Positions 1-7,069 of a DNA stretch of 9,285 bases are shown here, piece by piece; the stretch's first letter is position 1; the number at the start of each line of letters is the position of its first letter. A program made the position numbers and the translations under genes. Location of the stretch: the NCBI GenBank assembly GCA_964549305.1, contig CAZJVM010000088.1, positions 1 through 9,285 of the forward strand. The letters are read 5' to 3'. Under the pieces are notes generated by a model. The model had not been told where the DNA came from. It made no database searches and saw nothing but the letters and a program-made list of their open reading frames with translations. Source of the stretch: an uncultured bacterium (GTDB taxonomy: Bacteria; Schekmanbacteria; GWA2-38-11; J061).

Positions 1-1278
1 CTTTTGTTCTTGCTCATACTCAGCAGTAACAACCCTTAATTTTGCGTAAAGCAAAATAACGATGATAAAAATTATAATTACGTAATAAATGAGATTCTGT
101 ATTCTTATCTTGTGCCCTCTCTCAAAGTCAGCAACTATGGCTTCAACCTTTTGAGTGTCTTCAGATATCTTTGTTTTCAGTTCATTAATCCTGTTACTTG
201 ACAAAGAATGTGTCAGAGGTCCGATTTCCTTGAAGTAAGTCTCGGCCTCATTCAGAGAATCCTCTATATCCTGATTATTCCTTCCGGAAAACTCTATTTT
301 TTTAAAACTTGAATGAGCTCTGTCAAGCTCCCCACGCGTATCAAGAATTAAGGTGTATATGTCTTTGGCTAATTCTTTTACATCAGTGCTCTGATGGCAG
401 GCACCGCAATGTCCCGCTTCAACTCCCTGAAACATTTCCGGTGTCAAAGCTTTATTTTTGTGATTTCCGTGACAATCATAGCATTTGGGACTTCCCGCTG
501 TTTTAAGAGATTCGTAATGAGGCCCCTGTTTGAATTTATCCGCTATCACTCCGTGGCAGTTGCCGCATACATCCGCTATTTCCTTAATTCCGGGAGGGGT
601 GGCGCCGTGGAAACCGTGACAGGTCGCGCAGGTTGGTACAAGCGAAGGATTTTTACCTTCGATTTTTCCGCTTAAAATCTGTCCGTGGTAACCTGCCATA
701 TAAAGGTCATATTGGTTTGATTTTATATTATACTGGCTCATAAGTTTCTGGTCGGCGTGGCATTTCGCGCAGGTTGTCGGCACATTTGAATGATAAACCG
801 ACGATGAGGGATCGTTTATTTTTTTTATGTCGTGCTTTCCATGACAATTTGTGCAAACCGCAACATTTTGATCACCCCTGACAAGTTTTTTCCCGTGCAC
901 ACTTGTTTTATAAAGAGCGTACTGGTCTGTCCTCAAGTTGTATCTTTTCATTTTCACAGGGTCGGCATGGCATTTCGCGCAAAGTTTTGGAATATCCTTC
1001 CTTTCAGGCGCGCCTATAAATCCGCGCGCATCATACATTGCGGCATCCATATCTTCCGCTTCCATGGAATTTCCGCCGTGACAATCCTGACAATATACTT
1101 CAGCATCCTTATGGACGCTTGTTTCCCACTGTATAACCGCCTTCTGCGCTTCTCCGTCAAGTCCTCTGTGGCAGGTTATACATCCGTTATCTTCAGCAAA
1201 TACAGAAGGCATATAAATTCCAATCAGGCCGATGACCAGAAATAAGCCAATAACAAAAGTTTTTTTCTTAAAATTCAT
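1..1278 (-). CDS. Nonaheme cytochrome c with signal peptide and C-terminal membrane anchor; probable c-type acceptor subunit of the Rieske/cytb complex (3' end runs off the window)
   Basis: Manual translation, open from ATG 1278 (alternative in-frame ATG 1305) to base 1 with no stop: MNFKKKTFVIGLFLVIGLIGIYMPSVFA|EDNGCITCH... Nine CxxCH motifs: CITCH, CQDCH, CAKCH, CTNCH, CAKCH, CATCH, CGNCH, CYDCH, CGACH. These are followed by a helical stretch and a hydrophobic helix LIYYVIIIFIIVILLYAKLR. Lies directly downstream of subunit IV. Confidence 0.93.
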   Translation of the reverse strand, partial: MNFKKKTFVIGLFLVIGLIGIYMPSVFAEDNGCITCHRGLDGEAQKAVIQWETSVHKDAEVYCQDCHGGNSMEAEDMDAAMYDARGFIGAPERKDIPKLCAKCHADPVKMKRYNLRTDQYALYKTSVHGKKLVRGDQNVAVCTNCHGKHDIKKINDPSSSVYHSNVPTTCAKCHADQKLMSQYNIKSNQYDLYMAGYHGQILSGKIEGKNPSLVPTCATCHGFHGATPPGIKEIADVCGNCHGVIADKFKQGPHYESLKTAGSPKCYDCHGNHKNKALTPEMFQGVEAGHCGACHQSTDVKELAKDIYTLILDTRGELDRAHSSFKKIEFSGRNNQDIEDSLNEAETYFKEIGPLTHSLSSNRINELKTKISEDTQKVEAIVADFERGHKIRIQNLIYYVIIIFIIVILLYAKLRVVTAEYEQEQK

Positions 1279-1311
1279 TTCCTTATTTTTCCTTTCATCT
1301 TTCATAATATG

Positions 1312-1743
1312 TCAGGATAAGTAACCCCACACTGTCAAAGCGGCAAAACATATAACCCCCACTATTCCGAGAAAAACCGCGACAGGACGGCGTTTGGGAT
1401 TCCTTTCAGGATTCTTGTCTATGAAAGGGAAGAATATGAGAAGTGCAAAAACCACTCCCTGACCTAAAACTCCCAATGCCTTGGGCGCCCATTGCCCAAG
1501 AAAATCAAGATATTCCGCGACCTTCAGAAACTGATAAGCTGCAAGAAAATACCATTCCGGTTTTATATGCTCAGGCGTAGTAAAAGGGTCGGCAGGCGGT
1601 TCCATGGGAGCAGGAGACAATGTCGCAAGGGTAATGAGCCCGCCAAAAACTATAAATGCTACAATAACTTCCTTTAACAGATGGTTGGGGAAAAAAGGTA
1701 TTCCTTTTTCCTTTTCATTTGTATTACCGTTTTTTTCATTCAT
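1312..1743 (-). CDS. petD: Rieske/cytochrome b complex subunit IV (C-terminal half of a split cytochrome b, PetD-like)
   Basis: MEPPADPFTTPEHIKPEWYF carries the Qo-site PEWY motif and resembles PetD EPADPFATPLEILPEWY. Also FFPNHLLKE and FFPFIDKNPERNPKRRP motifs, three hydrophobic helices, and a strong RBS. Confidence 0.92.
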   Translation of the reverse strand: MNEKNGNTNEKEKGIPFFPNHLLKEVIVAFIVFGGLITLATLSPAPMEPPADPFTTPEHIKPEWYFLAAYQFLKVAEYLDFLGQWAPKALGVLGQGVVFALLIFFPFIDKNPERNPKRRPVAVFLGIVGVICFAALTVWGYLS

Positions 1744-1752
1744 TCTTTTTAT

Positions 1753-1760
1753 CCTCCTTA
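1753..1760 (-). promoter_or_regulatory. Shine-Dalgarno TAAGGAGG for subunit IV
   Basis: Minus strand reads TAAGGAGG-ataaaaaga-ATG (1743). Confidence 0.8.
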
Positions 1761-1800
1761 AAAAAGGGAAGAAAATATTTTTATATTATAATTTAGTAAC

Positions 1801-2523
1801 TTACAGTGGTCCTGAAATACCCTGTTTTCTTATCATCAAAAAATGCCCTATGAGAAAAGCGGCGATGCTTGCCGGCAGAATCAAAACGTGTACGGCAAAA
1901 AACCTCGTGAGGGTCGCCTGAGTGACATCAGTGCCGCCTCTTATGAGCATCTTTAAAAGATCGCCTGCAATAGGCACTGCGCTGGGAATTTCTGTTCCAA
2001 CAGTCGTTGCCCAGTATGAAATCTGATTCCACGGAAGAAGATAACCCGTAAACCCGAATCCGAGAGTCAGAAGCAGAAGCACGATTCCCGTGACCCAGTT
2101 AAAGTCTCTCGGAGCTTTATAGGCACCGTAAAAGAAAACTCTTAGCATATGCAGGAATACGAAAACAGTCATCAGGTTTGCCGCCCAATGATGTATTCCT
2201 CTCATTAACCATCCGAAAGGAACATTGTTTGTAATATGAACAACACTCTTATATGCCGCTGCAGTCGTGGGTTCGTAATACATCAGCAAAAGAACACCGG
2301 TAAATGCCTGAACTATAAAGAGCAAAAATGTTATACCGCCAAAACAAAAAGTCCAGTTAACGTGGTCGCCTACGGGTTTTTTTAGGTTTTTCTCAAGCGC
2401 ATCTCTAATGCTCAGTCTTTCATCGAGAGGTCCGTAAACAAAGCCTGTCAATGTAAGCAGATTTAAAATTTCCCTGAAACTCCCCCGCTTTTCTACATCT
2501 TTGTTATTTTCTTTATCACCCAT
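1801..2523 (-). CDS. petB: Cytochrome b6-type subunit (N-terminal half of a split cytochrome b) with heme ci-binding Cys
   Basis: HVNWTFCFGGITF (cf. b6 HVNIFYCLGGIT). Heme ligand helices IHHWAANLMTVFVFLH and AVHVLILPASIAAFLIGH (14 residues between the His). GFTGYLLPWNQISYWA motif. C-terminus IRKQGISGPL as in cytochrome b6. Confidence 0.95.
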   Translation of the reverse strand: MGDKENNKDVEKRGSFREILNLLTLTGFVYGPLDERLSIRDALEKNLKKPVGDHVNWTFCFGGITFLLFIVQAFTGVLLLMYYEPTTAAAYKSVVHITNNVPFGWLMRGIHHWAANLMTVFVFLHMLRVFFYGAYKAPRDFNWVTGIVLLLLTLGFGFTGYLLPWNQISYWATTVGTEIPSAVPIAGDLLKMLIRGGTDVTQATLTRFFAVHVLILPASIAAFLIGHFLMIRKQGISGPL

Positions 2524-2535
2524 TTTTATTTTAAG

Positions 2536-2541
2536 CCTCCT
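2536..2541 (-). promoter_or_regulatory. Shine-Dalgarno AGGAGG for cytochrome b6, overlapping the Rieske stop codon
   Basis: Minus strand reads TAG(stop)GAGG-cttaaaataaaa-ATG. Confidence 0.65.
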
Positions 2542-2983
2542 ACCCTATTTTTATAATTTCACCTTTGATTTCGGCTTTAAAGCTCTGCAAAGGTTTAGGC
2601 GCTGGTCCGCCCATAACATTTCCCCTTATATCAAACTTTGCCGCATGGCAGGGACATTCAATCAAAGTGTCTCCTTCGTGCCAGTTAACAAGGCATCCAA
2701 GGTGGGGACATACGGCAGAAAGGGCAAAAACTCCTTCGGCGGTTCTCACAACAATAGCAGGCTTACCTTCGTATCTTATCTTTCTCGATTTACCTTCAGG
2801 AATATCGGACAAGGGTATGGTAACCGACTTGCCGGATCCGCTTCCGATCGCTTTTTTTGAGGGCCACAGATATGCCATCGTTACATAAGCGGTAAGAAGT
2901 CCCCAGGACGCGACAACAAAACCGATTATGTAATCAAGAAAAGTACGTCTGCCAAAGAGACTCTCACTCTTTTCCAATTCCAT
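2540..2983 (-). CDS. petC: Rieske [2Fe-2S] protein of the Rieske/cytb complex, Tat-type anchor
   Basis: Box I CPHLGC (2693-2710), box II CPCH (within 2633-2656), GPAPKPL loop, and N-terminal GRRTFL twin-arginine motif followed by a TM helix. RBS AAGGAG at 2989-2994. Confidence 0.95.
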   Translation of the reverse strand: MELEKSESLFGRRTFLDYIIGFVVASWGLLTAYVTMAYLWPSKKAIGSGSGKSVTIPLSDIPEGKSRKIRYEGKPAIVVRTAEGVFALSAVCPHLGCLVNWHEGDTLIECPCHAAKFDIRGNVMGGPAPKPLQSFKAEIKGEIIKIG

Positions 2984-3112
2984 ATCATCTCCTTATATTA
3001 TATGTGGTTCCTGACTTCCACTGACACATTGAGTTTCCGTCTTTTTTTATGAATTAAAAAATCGAGAGTGCCTGATATTATTTTTTAGCTTAAAAGTCCA
3101 CCCTCTTTTTTT

Positions 3113-4903
3113 CTACAAAACCATTTTTTTCGTTTCGTTGATGTATTCTCTTGCCTTGTCGAGTAGCGAAAGCGCATAATCAACATTATGGACTCCTCTT
3201 GCATATTCAACGAATTCAATATTGTATTGCGCATCTGCAAACAATTGTTTCGCCTTTGACGGCGCGCGTTTTATGTATGGCCTTAATGCCGAAAGTTTCT
3301 TTTTGGCATCCTTGAGTTCTGCATTTACCGCGTCTTTCCATTCTCCGAGTAACTCCCTGTAATCTTCACCGTGACAATTGACACAACCTTCCTCGGAGGG
3401 TTCAAGAGTGGTGCCCTTAAATTGCGTTCCGTTAACGCCATTTTCCTTTTTAATTATGTGGCATCCTATGCAGTCAACCTGCGCTATAAACATAGGACTC
3501 GGCATATTTTCGACACCTCTTCCGCTAACTCCCATATAAAGTTCTTTCTGTCCCGAATGTTTTTTCTCATGGCAGATATTACAGCTGTAATCGAGTGGTT
3601 TTACGGTAGTTTTGACTCTATGTTTTATTTCAGTATGGCATCTCGTGCATTCAACTTTCTTGTCTGTAACATGCTTTTTATGAAGAAAAGGGAAATCATT
3701 ATATTTTTCAAGGCGTTCCGGTTCACCGTGACAGGTTATACAAAACTCTTTCGGAACTTTTCCATCGCCTTTAATGACTTCAAGGTGGCATTTCTGACAG
3801 GGGACACCCTTCCCGGCAAAATCCTGATGATTATAAGTTATACTTTCAAACTCTATATCTTGAGTTGGAATTTCATGGCAAATGGTACATCTTGCCTGCT
3901 TGTCCCACAATGTGGGGTCTTTTTCCAATCCATTGAAATGGCAGGTAAAGCAGGTTGTTTCCGTAACGGATATATGAGAACCCTGTACAATTTGTGAATG
4001 ACAGGATGTACACCTCAGTTTTATTCCTGCCCTCATTTGAGTTAAATGAGGCGTGTGATCAAAAATTATTCCTTTTTTAAATAAAACTTTACCTCGTAAA
4101 AGCCTTGTGGCATGACAACCGGAACGAAGACACGACGCATCTTCAATCTCTGCATATGGTTTGGTGCTGTATGTCCCCGTCAAAAACTTTGCAACCTGGC
4201 TTACTGCCTGAAACTTGCCTTTAATCTCCTCTCTGAAACCGGGAGGGTAATGGCAGTCAACGCAGGCAACGGATTTATGCTGTGAATTTGCCCACATATC
4301 GTAGTAGGGTTGCATTATATGGCAGGAAGCACAGAAACTGGGACTCATACTGTATTCGATGAAAGCGATATTTCCTATTATAAAAACGGCAAAAGCTATA
4401 CCAAGAGCATAATAGAAGCGTTTCCTGATATGAAGCACATCGTCTTTGCCTACGGGAAAATGAACACCTATATAGTCAAAAGCTTTCCGCCACCATTTAG
4501 CCGACTTCACGGAAGATTTAATAAGCATCTCATACATATTTATCTGGCTTTTTACTGCGGAAATCAGTTTATTGAGGTTGAGAGGTTTTACAAAATACTC
4601 GGCAGCACCTGCGGAAATAATTTCACTGGCGGAATTTTCCACAACTCCTGAAGCGACCATAATCACTCTTGAGAAAGGGCTGAGTCTGAGAATTTCCCTC
4701 AGCACTTCCATACTATTTCTGTCGGGGATGTTGTAATCAAGAATTATTACTGCGGGAGTTTCAACGGCAATCTTTTTAAGGGCATCATTTGATTTTTTGA
4801 AAACTTCGAAGGGAAGACCTTCACCGTCCAATCTCAACGAAACGCTTTTATGAAAATTTTCATCAGAATCTACAATATAAACCTTCTTCATCATCATCTC
4901 CAT
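3113..4903 (-). CDS. Fusion protein: response-regulator receiver domain + TM helix + NapC/NirT-like-anchored dodecaheme cytochrome c
   Basis: aa ~5-121 match the REC pattern (KVYIVDSD...VIILDYNIP...VIMVAS...AGAAEYFVKP). TM at ~163-182 after KRFYY. Then 11 CxxCH plus CLRSGCH (CX4CH), and a C-terminal helical region with RGVHNVDY. True start may be ATG 4891 (GGAG 6 nt upstream). Confidence 0.92.
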   Translation of the reverse strand: MEMMMKKVYIVDSDENFHKSVSLRLDGEGLPFEVFKKSNDALKKIAVETPAVIILDYNIPDRNSMEVLREILRLSPFSRVIMVASGVVENSASEIISAGAAEYFVKPLNLNKLISAVKSQINMYEMLIKSSVKSAKWWRKAFDYIGVHFPVGKDDVLHIRKRFYYALGIAFAVFIIGNIAFIEYSMSPSFCASCHIMQPYYDMWANSQHKSVACVDCHYPPGFREEIKGKFQAVSQVAKFLTGTYSTKPYAEIEDASCLRSGCHATRLLRGKVLFKKGIIFDHTPHLTQMRAGIKLRCTSCHSQIVQGSHISVTETTCFTCHFNGLEKDPTLWDKQARCTICHEIPTQDIEFESITYNHQDFAGKGVPCQKCHLEVIKGDGKVPKEFCITCHGEPERLEKYNDFPFLHKKHVTDKKVECTRCHTEIKHRVKTTVKPLDYSCNICHEKKHSGQKELYMGVSGRGVENMPSPMFIAQVDCIGCHIIKKENGVNGTQFKGTTLEPSEEGCVNCHGEDYRELLGEWKDAVNAELKDAKKKLSALRPYIKRAPSKAKQLFADAQYNIEFVEYARGVHNVDYALSLLDKAREYINETKKMVL

Positions 4904-5007
4904 TTAGATTCACTTTTCATCTTCTCATCATCATTCTGAATTAAATTATTGAATTGTACACTCTTTACAGTTATCAAGTCAATAAACACATTTGTTACAA
5001 GGCACTT

Positions 5008-5024
5008 TGCAATTATTATGCCAA
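5008..5024 (-). promoter_or_regulatory. Sigma-54 (RpoN) -24/-12 promoter
   Basis: Minus strand TTGGCATAATAATTGCA has exact GG-N10-GC spacing and is close to the consensus TGGCAC-N5-TTGCW. It lies ~105 bp upstream of the REC-cytochrome gene, in the correct orientation. Confidence 0.8.
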
Positions 5025-5049
5025 TTTTAAAAAAAAAATTCTTCCCTGA

Positions 5050-5062
5050 TAATCTATTGTTA
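5050..5062 (-). promoter_or_regulatory. Putative IHF binding site
   Basis: Minus strand TAACAATAGATTA vs consensus WATCAANNNNTTR (1 mismatch), located between the sigma-54 promoter and the upstream palindrome. AT-rich context lowers specificity. Confidence 0.45.
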
Positions 5063-5117
5063 TTAAAAGGTGTTTTGAGATTCTTAAAAAATTGACAGAT
5101 AAGATACACTTGTGATT

Positions 5118-5136
5118 TTGCGACAAAATGTCACAA
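5118..5136. promoter_or_regulatory. Inverted repeat, candidate enhancer-binding-protein site (UAS)
   Basis: TTGCGACA-AAA-TGTCACAA, 8-bp arms with one mismatch, ~95-115 bp upstream of the -24 element. Confidence 0.55.
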
Positions 5137-5207
5137 TTCTTGGAAATATGACAATAAAGGGGCAATGCGACGATTTACAAAGAGGAATGAAAAACGACTG
5201 CTTTATC

Positions 5208-7069
5208 TTATTTTTTCACCCTTTTATTGTCTTTTGCGTCTATAATTTTATTCAATATGTCGCTAAGGTTCGTTTCTATTTCTTCCAATACCGATAATGA
5301 CTCGGGGAAATTATGTACTGTTTTTCCTTTCTTGAGAAATCTGTATGCTTCAATGCTTCTTTCATAATTTTTCTTTAAAGAAATACTCTCACGATTCTCC
5401 GCTTTTTTCCCGTTTTCGAAATCAAGGCTGATTCTCTCGATATATTTATCTATGCTGTCATTAATCGCGGATGTCTTCAGTTTCCATTCATCGAGCATTG
5501 TTTCGTAACTCTCTTCGTGGCAGTTAACGCAACGGGTTACGGCAACCGACGCGGACTCGTCTTCCGACGGCAAGTGGCAATCGGCACAGGTAATATCCGA
5601 TGCCGCCATAACATCAGGCACAATTCCCGGAGTGTATCTCTGCGACTTACCATAATAGAGGGAATATTCCTCGCTGTGACAACGTTTGCAGTCGCCGTTA
5701 TCGTCTTCGTGATGGCATGCGGCACATTCTGCCTCCGTAAGTGTGGTTTCCTTATGCTTTTCGGCTGAATGGCAATCGGTGCAGTCAAATCCGAATTCCG
5801 AAATATGCTTTTTATGGGGAAAATCATTACCCTTGTAATCAAGCACTGAATCTTTCTTTATATAATTGTGGCAAAATGTGGTGCAATAGGATGTGCTCAT
5901 TTTCAACAATTCATCCATAGAACTCTTTTTTCCGGTGCCTTTCAAAACACTGTCCGCAACCCTGTTAACCTCTGAAAGAATTTTTACGGAATATTCCAGA
6001 TTGTGAATTCCCTTTGAGCGCTCGAGAAAATCAATATTAAAAGAGGCATCGTCGAAATCCTTCCGGGCACCATCTTTTGATTTTATTCTTTTTGAAGCAA
6101 GATTTAAACGTTTCTCAGAGTATGAAACAAGTTCATTGATATTTTTTTCCCAAGCCCTCAACATCAAGTCATAACCCTTGTCGTGACAGGCAAGGCAGGA
6201 TTTTTCATTTGCCTCTGCCATCGCCTCTCCGAGAATATGCTTTCCCTTTACAAAGTGAACTTCCGTATGACAACCGTCGCAGGAAACCTGTGCCGCAAAC
6301 ATTCGGCTTGGGGTGTTTTCTACCCCTTTTGCCATAACGCCCATATATAATTCCTTCTGACCTCCATGAAGCTGTTTGTGGCATCCGTCACATTTAACTT
6401 CCAGGGGTCTTGCCATCTTCACATTACCATGCTCTATTGTTTCGTGGCAGTAAAAACAGTCAATTCCCTTGCCCGATACGTGCTTGTCGTGAATCAGCTT
6501 GTGGTCGTCAAATTTTTCCATCCTTTCCGGATGGCAGGAATAACATCTGTTTTTGTTAACTTTTCCATCTCCGTTAACAACCTTAGTATGACATCTGCTG
6601 CATTCGATTCCCGTTTCAATGTATTCGGAGAGATTTACGGAATAACCTCCGTGTTCAACCTCACCCTCGGGCACGCCGTGGCAGGAAGGGCATCCTGTAA
6701 ATGCCTTGTCTTCCGGCATTCCCTTGAAATGGCAAAGGAAACAGGTTTCCTCCGTAACATCCACATGACTGCCCTGGACAATCTGGGAATGACAGCTCGA
6801 GCACCTGAGCATTTTCCCTCTCAGAAGCCGTCCCATATGCTTTGCGTGGTCGAAATTTATTTTTCTCTNNNNNNNNNNNNNNNNNNNNNNNNNNNNNNNN
6901 NNNNNNNNNNNNNNNNNNNNNNNNNNNNNNNNNNNNNNNNNNNNNNNNNNNNNNNNNNNNNNNNNNNNCTTGTACAGAAAGAAGGGTTTTGGAAATTTCT
7001 GTAAAACAATCCAATTGAAACAATGAGGACGAGAAATATGACTGCCGAAATAATAGCGCTTTTCTTCAT
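5208..7069 (-). CDS. Large membrane-anchored multiheme cytochrome c (15 visible heme motifs, ~18 inferred), interrupted by the assembly gap
   Basis: The real N-terminus is the 6857..7069 frame (MKKSAIISAVIFLVLIVSIGLFYRNFQNPSFCT..., ATGA overlap with the upstream stop). It continues after the gap in the 5208 frame (RKINFDHAKH...). 14 CxxCH plus CTTFCH are visible, and it is a clear paralog of the 3113..4903 cytochrome domain. Confidence 0.88.
6869..6968. other. Scaffold gap (100 N placeholder)
   Basis: Exactly 100 N. The reading frame shifts across it, so the placeholder length is not the true length. Confidence 0.97.

Noticed and set aside
1312..2983. Photosynthetic cytochrome b6f complex
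   Set aside because: No cytochrome f, the Rieske is of low-potential type, and the context is multiheme respiratory genes. The pet symbols denote homology only.
2984..3112. Internal sigma-70 promoter or terminator before the Rieske gene (TATAAT near 2996-3001, minus strand)
   Set aside because: The TATAAT abuts the RBS, there is no convincing -35, and I see no stable GC hairpin with a U-tract.
4894..5109. 71-aa minus-strand ORF in the intergenic region
   Set aside because: AT-rich, no recognisable motif or RBS, and it overlaps the sigma-54 promoter and IHF-like site.
5111..5135. CRP/FNR-type site (TGTGA...TCACA)
   Set aside because: Half-site spacing is 15 nt (or 7 nt for TGCGA..TCACA), not the 6 nt required for CRP. 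It is better explained as an enhancer palindrome.
5208..7069. Pseudogene or programmed frameshift in the large cytochrome
   Set aside because: The frame change falls entirely within the N gap of arbitrary length.
3113..7069. Catalytic NrfA/HAO-type enzyme assignment for the large cytochromes
   Set aside because: No CxxCK active-site motif is visible (gap excepted). Only the helical G-x-H-N tail is reminiscent, which is insufficient for a catalytic call.
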